Source of the DNA: Podarcis erhardii
Taxonomy: Eukaryota
DNA length: 64,000 nt
Strand: one strand, 5' to 3'
NCBI GenBank assembly: GCA_964252035.1
Contig: OZ176206.1
Position 1 is the stretch's first letter; every line of letters starts with the position of its first letter. The position numbers and the translations under genes are program-made. The notes beneath the pieces were generated by a model. That model had not been told where the DNA came from. It saw nothing but the letters and a program-made list of their open reading frames with translations, and did no database searches. Shown one piece after another: positions 47,940 to 59,428 of this stretch.

Positions 47940-48897
47940 TTATAATTCGCCTACCTCTTCTTCTTCCCTCTTTCTTCCTTCCTCTAATTCATCCGGGTCC
48001 ACTCCTCCTGACGCCTCCATTCCTGGCTCCACTTCTCTTGTTTCTTCCTCATCACTTCACAGCTCTTTATATTTTCTTAGAAATTTTCCTATTTCTTCCG
48101 GGCTCGTAAGTCTATGTCTTTTACTTTTGTAAATAAAAGAGATTCCTTCCGGGTATTCCCATCTGAATTCTATATTATTCTTCCTTAAAATCTGAACTGT
48201 TGGTTTATATGGGTCTCTCTGTTTAAGTAACCTGATCGGGATGTCTTTAAAGATGATTATGTAGTTTCCTTCAATGTTCAACCTGTTCTCTCTATTTTTC
48301 TGGAGTATCAAATTTCTCATCTCTCTGTCCTTAAAGGTAATCAGGCAGTCCCCCGGAAATTTTCTTGCCTTAGCCGATCTTATCTTCATTCGAAAAGCAC
48401 TTTGCACCGATCTTGCCACCTCATCTACATTCATCTCCATCCATTGTGCAATCTCTTTTATTAACTTCTCTTTAATATTTTCTCCTTGCACCTCTGGAAC
48501 CATCCTCAATCTTAAATTCACTTCTCTCTGCCTGAGTTCGTTCATAGAAATCGCATCCCAGACTTCCTCTTGTGTTTTTTTAATTTCCAACATTCCCGTC
48601 CTTATTTTTTCTTCCTCCATCTTCACTTCCCTCATTTCCAATCTTGTCTTTTTCAACCCCTCTTCCAAATTCTGTGTCCTTTTACTCACATCCTTCAATT
48701 GCCCTTTTGTCCATTTGGCCCATTCTCTTATCCATTTGCTCTAATTTTGCTTCTATATTTTTTTCACTCTGCTTAATATTGGAATTGATCTCTGCAAACA
48801 TTTTCAAAATCTCTCCTTTAAAGTCCGCTTCTTGTTTTGATCCTCTCCTCTCTACCGGTGTTCCTCCCTCCCCCCCTTTCTTTTGTGTATGAGACAT
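47940..48897 (-). pseudogene. L1 ORF1 (coiled coil, RRM and CTD), broken
   Basis: MSHTQKK.. coiled coil, frameshift near 48700, NLRLRMVPE, IIIFKDIP..LKQR, FRWEYP. TGA at 48057 is followed in frame by a 38-aa acidic tail ending at TAA 47940-47942. Confidence 0.9.
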
Positions 48898-50239
48898 TGT
48901 AATTAATTTCCGAACACCTGATATGATATACAGTCAAAGACAATCAGTATATATACGGTCAATAACAATCAGTATTCAATCTTAATGTAAATCATTAAAT
49001 CACTTGTTTTTTTAAAAAAAAGGCGTCGGGGAAAAAAAATAAGAATTTTTACCCTTCCCAATTGTCATACACTTAAACCTAAATATTACTCAATTTATGT
49101 AAATCAGTTTTTCCAAAATAGTTTTCACAAATATATACTTATAGGGGGGAACACCAATAAATTTTTAAAATTCACACTTTTGAAAGATAAATCTCCCACT
49201 GCATAAAAGAAATTAACTTCCTGTCTTCTTTCTTCTTGCCACCACTTAGGCTATATCCATACCGTCTTCTTATTGAGGAAATGCCCTCCAAATAATGCTG
49301 CTGTACTGTAAATTTTTGTAATCCAATGGTTATATATTGTATTCCCAAAATTATAATCCAATTATGTGGCCAAAGTTATTAAAAATGCTGATAGGTATTC
49401 CAATTTTATCCAGAAATGTCCAAGGGGCACCAAGTGTATCCAGAGGTAGGAAATAAAAAAAGAAGTATCTAAAGGAATCTGACCACCAATAATTGTAAAG
49501 GCTGCCAGCCTCCTTATTTTGGAGTGATATTTGAGTTCAAATGTAAAAACAATAATATTTTTAAGTTCAGATATAAAAACAGAGGGAGAAGAGAAGAAGC
49601 AGAGTGATCTTTAATTTGACAGTCCAGACTAATCCGATAATGGGAAATGAAAAATAAAAATGAAAATGAAACACGGAGGAGTGGTTAGTTCAGCTCCAAT
49701 TTTCCTTAGCTCCAAATAAAAATATAGTACTGAAGACAGACAACTAAGCTGTTCTTTTCTCAGTTTATTCCGCGGACTCACACAAAAAACAACAAAAAAA
49801 AAAGCAAAAACAACTTGGGTAGATAGCCTCATTCCAACATAGTCCCTTTTTCTTTCCTTTTATATTTAAACGTTCGAGTTTAATTAAATTAAATGCAGAG
49901 GTATCCAATCATATAAGAAAAAAATAATTTACTGTTCAATATTGTCTTTCCATCCCTTTATTATATTTTTTGTCGCTGGATGACTTCCTTCAACTTAAAA
50001 TGGAGAAACAAAAGTTCTATTTCGTTGCGCAGTTTTTTTCCAAAACCGAAAGTACCAAGAAGTGACTTTCTTTCTAACTTCGTTCAGACCGTTCATTGTA
50101 TCAAAGACCTTTTAAAGTCACAAAGTAGTTACCCTCTGCTCCCTCTTTTAGTTATCCTCTTTTTCTGCAACTTTTTGTTACTTTTGCAACAATTTATCTC
50201 ACTTTTAACAAGTTCTCTAAGAGGGAGAAGTTCAAACCG

Positions 50240-50691
50240 CTTGCCGTTTTACCAACCTCCACTCCACGCTCCGCTCGTAGTCTTGCGCTCCTCTCGGATT
50301 GCAGTCAAAACTGACCTCTTTTTTATCTCCTTTTTTTTTTCAAAGCCTTTCTTTCATACTCCAATTGTAATCCAAATTAGGCTCTGATTGATTGCTTTTG
50401 AGAATCGGTCATTCGCCCTGCAAGCCTGGGGCTGCGTTCTCGAGGGTGAGACAATGGCTTCCCGGTGCCTGCTTTCTCCGCCCGCCGCTCTCCTCGCTCC
50501 TATTACGGAGTTACCTGGCAGCTGGGCGATCTGCAAACGGCTCCGCTGGGATCCTGACCCTCTGGTTTCCCTCCAGAGGGGTTTTGGGAGGCTATCGCGC
50601 CCTGTAGCACCCCCTTTTACCCTCGAGAACCCGGACTTTCTCTTACTGAGAAAATCCCGCTTGCAACGGGTCCGTGGCTCGACCAGAAGTC
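50240..50691 (-). promoter_or_regulatory. CpG-rich L1 5' UTR (internal promoter region)
   Basis: Visibly the most CpG-dense non-exonic block in the window, at the L1 5' tip. Function is inferred from L1 biology. Confidence 0.6.
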
Positions 50692-50827
50692 TCATTCTCA
50701 CACCAACCTGATGAGATAGGTAAAGCTGAGAGATGGTGATTGGCCCAATGTCATCCACTGAATGCCGTGGCCAAATAGGGAGCTGAACCCTGACCTCCTA
50801 GACCAATGCTCCAACCATTATGCCACA
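50692..50827 (-). mobile_element. 5' half of the MIR/Ther1-like SINE split by the L1
   Basis: CTCACACCAACCTG.TGAGATAGGT.AAGCTGAGAG.TGGTGATTGGCCCAA.GTCATCCACTGA continues the consensus exactly where 43826 stops. Confidence 0.8.
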
Positions 50828-52737
50828 TTATCTCTTTGTGATCAGAAGAGAATTGAAGATCCTTCTCCCCTGCTGTCTTTCCTACATTCAGATCGTTGCA
50901 TAAGGAATTCCCTCTTCGTCTTCTTATTCACATGGATGTAGGTTGTTTCAGTGAATGCAAAAAACATCGCCCTCAGTTGCACTGAGAGGCTGGTGGAATT
51001 ATTTCACACACTGGAAGGGGGTTAGTGTGCTCGTGTGCGAAACGAAAACATCTTTGATTGGGCTTTTGTGGTTGTTGTTGTTTTTATCAGGACATGTGGA
51101 GTCCAGAGAAAAGCAGTTCCTCAAAAGGCCTCACCACAGATTTCACTCTCCCATTGTGGCTTCAGCAGATCACTTGCACAGCTCCGTGTTTTACTTAAAA
51201 AGAGATTGCCTTCTTTCCACTGGGACAGTTTAGCACAGAAGAAAGAAGGAATGTAAACATCTCCATTTTACGCTAAATAAACCTTCTGTGTTGCCCCTAG
51301 CAAAAAAATAAAAAAAATACTGCAGAGATTCATGATCTGGCCCTCCTGGCTGTGATGTCCAATGCAAAACACAATCCTTGGCAAAGAATATCTTGTGGTC
51401 ACAAGGCATCATGAGGAACTGTTTGGCCTCTCTGTGCAAGCAGCCGAAGCAAATAGTGAATGGTTATTTGCTTTGCAATGTATATCCCACTTTCTCTGGT
51501 TAAAACAACAAGACGCAATGTTTAGCTTTTAAATGGAATAATCTAAAGTTCTAGTATGAAGTAGGAACCCCATCAAAGGAAAGAAATGCTCAACCTCTAC
51601 TAGATGGTTTTCTTTTTTCCCTGCCTTCCCCTATGCTAAACTGTTTTTTTAAAAAATGTAAAATTTGAAAGCTTCATTATCATCAGATTCACCCGCCATT
51701 GTAAGGAGAGTCTGTCAATTAACCCTGGTTCTCTGAGAGATAATGTCATCAGTTCTGCTCTGAAAAATGGCCTGGAGCTGTCCTCCCTACTCCCATTCTC
51801 ATTCCTCTTCCACTATATAGCTGGGGTCAAGTTTCTTCAAACTGAATCTGCCAGACATTTCTCAGGTTCAGGGCCCACTGCTGATCTGATTCCTAACATC
51901 ACTGTAAAAGAGGGATAGGGAATCCGTGCTCACCCTAGCAATGTTGTTAGACTACAATTCCCATCATCCCTGACCATTAGCCATGCTGGCAGAAGCTAAG
52001 GGCAAAAATGTCTTCAGGGTCCCTGCTGCTCCATCTATGCTGTAAGAAATATGCTGGGCTTGAAGTGGTCTTGAGAGGAAGAGACATTCGCTGAAAACAG
52101 CCCAGGCATGCTGGCAGCCAAAAGAGAAACTGAATCCAGCTTGACAAAGTAAAAATCTAATGAAGCACTGGCCCAAAGAGGTTTGTGTTCATAGTCGCAT
52201 TGCTTGGCCAGAAAACGCTTGCGTTTGAAATGTCCCCAGTGCGTGTATAAATAGGTCCAGAGCATGAAGCTCTGAGTTTCATTTAATACTGGACATGTGG
52301 CTCAGCCTTCCTGGCTTCATTCCATTCAGCAAAGAATGATTCGACTATTTGGGGATTTTCGTTCAGAGATGAGCCTGGCAGCAACAATCCATGGGAGAGC
52401 ATCTCCTGTAACTTTATGAACACATATTTGAAATACATTTTTATAGCAGCACTCAATTAAATTGACAGCTTGTTTACTGTTGACTCTGGTAGCTTATGGG
52501 CTGCCCGAGTGGCATATTTGGAGAGGGCTGGAAATTGTTTGATTTAGCTCTTAAGGGCTGAAAGGAAAGGAGTAAACTCTGAGAGCAAAGTAGTGTTTGA
52601 TAGCTTCCACGCTTCTTCCCTGGCGTGACAGTAAGTGAGTGACAAGGTAGGCAACCAGGCAGTCTTGGCTATGATGGCGACATCTAAGTTTAACCTGGAT
52701 CAGGCAGTATATTAGGTCATTTAGTAAATATAGCTCA

Positions 52738-52918
52738 ACATAGGAAGCTGCCTTATACTGAGTCAGACCATTGGTCCATCTCACTAAGTAGTGTCTACAC
52801 TGATCCGCAGTAGCTCTAAGGCAAGCACTGTTCTCAGCCTTACCTGAAGATGCCAAGGGTTGAACATAGGACTTTCTGCATGTAATACAGATGCCCTTCA
52901 ACTGAGCTAAGGCTGCCC
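52738..52918 (-). mobile_element. Squamate tRNA-derived SINE (CCTATGTT-tail family)
   Basis: AACATAGGAAGCTGCCTTATACTGAGTCAGACCATTGGTCCATCT..GTCTACACTGA..ACCTGAAGATGCC..CTGAGCTA. Confidence 0.88.
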
Positions 52919-53084
52919 CCCCCACATTTTCCCCCCTCTGGGGAAGGTGGGAAGAGGTGGGACAGATTTCCATGACTTCCGACCTTCATCAAAGGCACAC
53001 AGGAAGTGAAACTAGGCCCCCACCATCGCCCAAGAACCAAAATGGGGGACTTTGTTCACGCCAAGCATTTAAGAAACACCTGAT

Positions 53085-53222
53085 ACACATATAAAGCACA
53101 TCACTTCCCCCAAAAAACCGGGGGGACTGTAGTTTGTTAAGGGTGCTGGGAATTGTAGCTCTGTGAGGGGAAATTACAGTTCCCAGGACTCTTTGGAGAA
53201 GGTTTTGTGCTTTAAAAGTGTG
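53085..53222. mobile_element. Foldback MITE with ~50-bp inverted arms
   Basis: Left arm CACATATAAAGCACATCACTTCCCCCAAA..GGGACTGTAGTTT pairs with right arm AAATTACAGTTCCCAGG..TTTGGAGAAG..TGTGCTTTAAAAGTG. Confidence 0.75.
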
Positions 53223-54684
53223 TTGAACGTTCTTTCAGTGTACAATGTGAACATGTTCTAAGTAATATCTATCTGTTTAAAGAATGGGAAAATTGCCTAC
53301 CATTTGAAAATATTGTGGCGGTGTACAAAAAAAGAAATAAAAACATAACAGAAAGTTAAAACAGTAAAAATATATATTAAATCCATCAATAAAACCAAAC
53401 AGGAACAATATCCAACAATGCTCATAGCGGCTTACAACAAAGGAAACAGGAAGACATTTTAAGCAGCACAAAAACAATTTCATAATAGCATAACAATAAC
53501 ATAGCAAATACAAGAACACAAAAAACACATTTCAGTACTGTAAATATAAAAGATTACTTCAGATTACTTAAGCAACATGCAGCATCCAAAAGCTTAAAGA
53601 TAAAACAGAAACAGGTAAAAACGTAGAAGAAACAATCATTAAGCTGAGATATAAATTTAATAAACAATGTAATGTATTTCTATTTAAATTATAGTAATTT
53701 CAAAATTTGCACCGATGCATATACACTAGCCTATGCAATCTTTTCTGCTGTTTTGGGTGGCCAATGAGCAAGTAGATACCCTGAAACATCTGGAGGGCCC
53801 CACAGATTCCCCACTTGATGGTTGGCTAGGAATCATGTTCTCCTCCCACTGAAATCTCCTTGTCTCTGTCCTCCTGAGATCTGAAATTGTGCCCTAGATT
53901 GGGGGTGGGGGTCATTTAAGAAATCTCATTTTTTGCCACGTCACCCTATACTGAGCCAAGCCATCCAGTACAGAAACTAAGATTGTAACCAGAAGTCAGA
54001 CTCTTTTGGGATTGCTTTGATCTCTATTCCATCCTAAAAGCTTTTCTCAAACGGATACTTATGGATCTTTTTAATGTGGAGGGAATAACCCTGGAATCTG
54101 TCTTTGGCTGCTGTGGCTTATCTTATGTGGGTAGTTTAAAATAAAAATAAAGAGTGGGAAAGGGAACCTAGCTATTACATGCAAATCAAAGCTCTTATAT
54201 TGCATTCAACTATTCCCACTGGAAGCAAATGCCATCTTTTTGCAAGGGGTGCATGATGAGTCCCTTCTCTATTTGGTATCTCCACACCCTGAAGGACCGT
54301 ATGTTGTTTACCCCAGAGACCAATTACCCCTGTTCTGCTGGGTAATTACACAATCAGGCTGGGGTTTCTTCAAAGCATGCTAAGTACCCAGCAGACTGCT
54401 GAGAGTTCTTCATGGTTGTTCCCTTCTCTTGGATAATTATGGGATCATGTTACCTTGGTACACTGGACCAAGAAGCCTACATTTAGTTCAATTTCATTAC
54501 TGAATCCCTCTGCCATCTCTAAAATTCAAATCTACCATTCCTAGACCCTCTGGCATTATTTCTTAAGCTGAATCTATATTTTAATTGGGTTTTGTTTTTT
54601 GTTTTTTAAAAAGCACCCATAGGTCTTCACAGTCTACCAAGCAGAGCCAGGTGTAAACTCCATGCAGGACTCTTCCAGGTGACC

Positions 54685-54686
<2 letters not shown>

Positions 54687-54730
<44 letters not shown>

Positions 54731-54953
54731 TAAAATAATAATAATAATAATTTATTTTTCCCCAGCCACTCTGGGTGAGTCCCAACAGAATATTAAAAAC
54801 ACGATAAAACATCCAACATTAAAAACTTCCCTAAACAGGGTTGCCTTCAGATGTCTTCTAAAAGTCAGATAGTTGTTTATTTCCTTGACATCTGAAGGGA
54901 GGGCTTTCCACAAGGCAGGCACCATTACTGAGAAGGCCCTCTGCCTGGTTCCT
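54687..54953 (-). mobile_element. L2 3' end with long (TAA)n tail
   Basis: Reverse complement of the same L2 family as 6746-7083 (AAAACTTCCCTAAACAGGG..CTTCAGATGTCTTCTAAAAGTCAGATAGTTG). (TAA)n at 54687-54751. Confidence 0.9.
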
Positions 54954-55614
54954 ATTTATGGAGCATTTGCAGTATCGTGCCCAGCATTACTTAGGCATTC
55001 TAAGAAACCAAAAACATCAACGCAGTTTCAAAATCATTAGTTAAAATCCATGCAGGTTTGAAAGGTTCAGTCTAGCACCTTGGTTCAAAATGGCTCCAAA
55101 CTGTAACAAAACCTAAATGAAAACCTGCTCCTTGATCTCAGGAACCATCATGCTACATTTGGCTAGGTTATCTTCAGATGCAGAGTGAACGGACAAACAA
55201 ACAACTTTCCAAACTATTGCTGGGTTATAGTCAACTAACTTCTAGTTGGAGTAGACCCAACAAAATAAATGGACCTAAGTTAGTTGTAGTCATTAATTTC
55301 CAAGTAAAGTCTTGGTTGAATACAACCCCTAGTAGATTCATCCTGATTTACTTGCGCAGAGTTTAGATTATATCTGGTATTTACTGGTGCCCACAGTTAG
55401 AATTAAAAACAGAGGTACATTCTTAGCCTTGGGAGTTTGTTCCACAGTCCTTTAACACCAGTGTCCCCTCCTGGTTATTTCCAAGGGGGCCTTCATTTCC
55501 ACAGCCAAATTTAAAAGGGGAGGGGGCACATTTTTGTTGCCATCATTAAACTATTGGGGAACAGAAATAAACTGATGCTGATAGACTGTAGGAAGATCCC
55601 AACCTACCATGCCT

Positions 55615-55745
55615 GCCTCCATTTTATCTGCGCAGCAACCCAGTGAGGTAGGGCTTGGCTGAGTGTAGCTAAGATTAATCAATAAGCTTTGAGGTTGGGT
55701 AGGGATTGAAACTTAGTCCAAGTGGAACACTCCATTTATCACAAC
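55615..55745 (-). mobile_element. Degenerate MIR/Ther1-like SINE
   Basis: CTCCATTTTATC..GCAACCCAGTGAGGTAGG..GGCTGAG..GGGATTGAAAC. Confidence 0.6.
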
Positions 55746-56063
55746 CAGTGCCGGATTTACGTATAAGCTAAACAAGCTATAGCTTAGGGCCCCACTCTCT
55801 TGGGGGCCCCAAAAAAATTAAATGAAAAAAACCTGGGTGTACATTTCCAAAATATAAGATAAAAAACAAATTACTTTGATAAAATACATATTTTGTTATG
55901 TGCAAAGGGCTTTAGATACCTATTAGGTCCATATATTACCATATAGCATATATTCAGCACAAAAAACAGCGACAGTTTGTTGTTGGCAAAGGACAGCTGG
56001 ACATATAAAGGGCCCTATTACCTTCAGTAGCTTAGGGCCTCATCAAACCTAAATCTGGCCCTG
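55746..56063. mobile_element. hAT MITE (318 bp) with 8-bp TSD
   Basis: TIR CAGTGCCGGATTT / AAATCTGGCCCTG. TSD ATCACAAC (55738-55745) and GTCACAAC (56064-56071), 7/8 match. Subterminal GCTTAGGGCC at both ends. Confidence 0.88.
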
Positions 56064-56542
56064 GTCACAACATGTGGTTTGTGGAGCAAGATGTGCTGGA
56101 CTGTGCTGTGCCACATCAGAACAGTCCCCCTTGTAAGATATAAATAAAGCTATCTTCCCAACCTTCTTCCCACTATGTTCATTTTCTACTTGTGGGGAGT
56201 GTTTTGCGTTGCTTGCCAGATTGGCTTTTTCATCCTCCACAGCAAACTGCTGTTTTGCTCCACTGAGTTTTAGTTTAACTTCTTAGAGAAAGTTGTCTTA
56301 ACATACATTCTCATTCAATAGCATTTAAAGCTGTTTGCAAACACATTAATTTCCAAAGTCAGGCACATAATAGCTTAGCTTCTGAGCGATGAACCACAGG
56401 CAGAAGCTCAATTAGTGGCATTACATTCCTTAGCCATTGGCCGTAGCAAATCTAGAAATATACAAATGTATAAACCATGTCACAGAAGATTTGGCCAATT
56501 TGTTACGCATTTAAACAACCCACACACCATATGAAAAAACTT

Positions 56543-56745
56543 AATCCTATGCATTTCTGCTCAAAAAGAAGCATTCCTGAATTTCGTGAGACTTACTTCT
56601 AGGTAAGTGTCTTCATAGGGTTGCAGCCTCAGACATTTCCCCCCCAAACAACTAAATGTTTCCAGTGCAATCCTAGACACGTCTACTCAGAAGTAAGTCC
56701 CATTCAGTTCAGTGGGATCTCCTCCCCGGTAAGTGTATATAGGAC
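56543..56745. repeat. Two tandem ~80-bp hairpin MITE-like repeats
   Basis: (C)AATCCTA..ACTCAGAAGTAAG..CC.ATT/GAA..GG.ACTTACT.C..GGTAAGTG..TAGG.TTG. Related relics near 12980-13070 and 29570-29620. Confidence 0.6.
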
Positions 56746-57599
56746 TTACATCAGCCACAGACAGGATAGCCAATGGCCAAGGGTGACAGGGATTGTACTC
56801 CAAAAACATCTAGAGGGCCGCAGGTTCCTCACCTTGACACCAGAGGCTTCCAGGGGCCAGATTTGGCCCTCAATGCCTCTCTATCCATCCCTTGTGATTC
56901 TCCCCAGGCCACACACACACACCCCAGCCTTGCTTTGCAGCCTGCATCTTTTGCTTGAACTGTGATCGTTCCTCTTGCTCTCGCCTGGATGGAGGATGCT
57001 GCAGTCTGTGTGTAGAAAGCAACTTCTGGCTTTTGTGTTTCTGTACAAAGGTAACCCCACCCACTTTCCCCTCTGGCCCCACCCTCCACTGGCACACAGC
57101 CCCCATTTGGGGGATGTGTTGTGTGCTCCGCAATGCAACTTGCACCCATGTCAGTGGCCAGAAGACCCTCAAGTACTGCTTGATTTACCTTGTTCTGCAC
57201 AAAGAGAATTCTCACAATAGTACATTTTACAGTTCCTTGGGGGGGGGGGGACATTTTCACCAGCACTCCACAATGTCTCAGGACCACAGTATATGCTGCT
57301 TCCTGGAATTATGCCTCTTTCCATCCTTTTCTTGTCCAGTCCCTAGATTTCTCTGCTGTTTCAAGCCTGATTAGCTTAAGTGATAAAATGCAAGACACGC
57401 ATAATGCTGTCTAAGAAGAACCTGCAGATAACTGGCAAGTTGCCTTTGCTAAGAGGTAGGCAGAGCTGAGATAAGAAGCAGTGGTGGCCCAAGCAGAGAC
57501 GGCGAGAGAAAGAGATTATAAAATCCCCTCCAAGCTGCCAATGCAGTCTGACCACCACACTTTTAAAAAATTGAGGCAAAGGTTATGCACAATAAGAAC

Positions 57600-57750
57600 T
57601 CTGTGGCCAGAGTAGAATCTGGAAAACCTGGCATCAAGTCCCCACTAAGCCCCCGTGAAGCTCACTGGGTGACCAGTTTTCCCCCTTGAGTATTTCAGCC
57701 TAAACCTACCTCAAAGTGTTGCTGTGAGGATAAATAGGAAGGAGAAAATC
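57600..57750 (+). mobile_element. MIR/Ther1-like (Squam3-like) SINE
   Basis: CAAGTCCCCACT.AGCC..GTGAAGCTCACTGGGTGACC..TCAGCCTAAACCTACCTCA.AGTGTTGCTGTGAGGATAAA. Confidence 0.8.
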
Positions 57751-59151
57751 TCAGAGTGGGGTGCAGCTTCATCACCTCCTGCTTGCCAGTGCTGGCATAC
57801 CCCAAGGTGACAGTCAGCAATAGCAAGGAAGAGCAGATTCGGCCCCAGGGGGCTGTGGAGGTAGGCAGGGGGCACGTTCTTAGGGCCATGGGCCTCAGCA
57901 AGTGCCTGATGATGCCCAACCCTGTGCTGGCCTGGGACTTGCTGATTTATTTGTTATCACATTTCCATCCCACCTAAGAAGCTGCACTGGACAGAAGGAA
58001 AAGAAAGAAAAACCATGTAAAGATGTAACCGTTTCAGAGATTTCAAAGTTCCAAGGACATGTTCTGATCAGGATACAGCTCACAGTTCCTTGCAGGAATT
58101 CTCTGCTTCATCCCACAACTATATCTGGTGGTAGATCAGGAACCCAGATAAATCTGTAACTCTTGACAACAAGCGTAAATATCCAGGCCTCTTCCAAACT
58201 CCTGTGGAACAACCCCTCTGCCTCCTTTTCCAAACCGACTTCTGGAAGAGCAGGTTACTGAGTATGCTTCACTATTGTGGAGAGAAGGGCAGGAGGGGCT
58301 CTGTTGCTTTTGCAATGTCTTCTCTTCTTAATCACGAGGTTAACAGCATGGGTTATCTTTGCACTCATTGGCCAAAACACAAGAAGGCAGAATGAGGTGT
58401 GCTACTTTGCATGGACTTGGGTAGAACACTGCCTACATGTTTTCCTTTATACCTCTATAAAAAGCTTACATTTTTTTCATGAAAGCTGAATATTCAGGGA
58501 GGGGCATGAAATATTATTGAGGGGGTCAGGACCGCATAGAACCTTTATGGCTGCAGCCCTCAGTTTGTATGGTTTAGTGCAGGTATCGCCAACCTTTTTG
58601 GGCCAGTAGGATGTTTGAGAAAGTGCCCTTGGCACCAGTCAGAATATGGCTGCCATAGGGTGTTTGGCAAGATACATTTCTTAAAAAGCAGAAAAAGAGA
58701 CAGGACCACAAAAAGTTGTGAGCATGCTTCCCCACCCAATCCTTGGAGAAAAGGCACCTATGTCAACCACCATCACACTCACTAAGTGCTTTGCATTGCT
58801 CCTCTGTCCAAAACTGGTGGGAAGGTGGGTGTCCAATCCTGACATCCAATGAAGTGTGGGGATGCCTGAGGGTGCATGTGCAATGGAGGAGAGGCTGAAC
58901 CAGTGTAAACAGGTACTTGTCAGGAAGAGCAAAGTGTTACTCATGCATTGTGGATTTCTGAAGAGATACTTAATGAGACCTTTTGCAGGTGCCATAGGAG
59001 ATGCTGGTGGCCAGACTGGTGTGTGGAGGTATCATCCTGGAACCCTTGGTTGACTGTTTGTGGGGAATATTACAGCTTTAAAATTCTGATAGCTCTTCCC
59101 TTCCGTGGACACCTCTGAATATGAGCATTCTTGTTCTTTTTGTCTTCGCAG

Positions 59152-59428
59152 GTGAACTTCTGCCATGGCTTCTTGTGATGAGCAATGATACACTCTGAAG
59201 TCTACAGAGGCCAAACATCCAAAGGAATGGTTGCTTCGCTTCCTTCTCACTATCGCGAAATGAAATGGTGTTCCTAAGGTGATAACTGCTTCTTGCAGTC
59301 TAGAAGACACAACTTCGCTAGGACATTTTGTTTTTATTTTTTTTGTCTGCAAACGCACATTCTGATGGCTGGTGGGCGGTGATGACACCATGTAGAAGGT
59401 CCTGAAAGGGTGTCCTAACTGAGTTGCA
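59152..59428 (+). other. SMPD3: Putative 5' UTR part of the SMPD3 first coding exon
   Basis: Best upstream acceptor is TTCTTGTTCTTTTTGTCTTCGCAG|G (AG at 59150-59151). A weaker alternative is TGCTTCTTGCAG| ending at 59298. Confidence 0.55.

Larger units (their letters stand above)
43827..50691 (-). mobile_element. Full-length L1-clade LINE (6865 bp), disabled, antisense to SMPD3
   Basis: 5' start GACTTCTGG at 50691, ~1.8-kb 5' UTR with a CpG-rich tip, ORF1, a 22-nt spacer, ORF2 (EN, RT, cysteine-rich region), 3' UTR and an A-rich tail at 43827. TTCTC is shared at both flanks (43822-43826 and 50695-50699). Confidence 0.95.

Noticed and set aside
50354-50758. 134-aa minus-strand ORF over the L1 5' tip
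   Set aside because: Starts in the flanking SINE outside the element; long ORFs are common in GC-rich 5' UTRs.
56595-56608. Perfect donor TAG|GTAAGT
   Set aside because: Part of a common hairpin MITE consensus, with no acceptor upstream.
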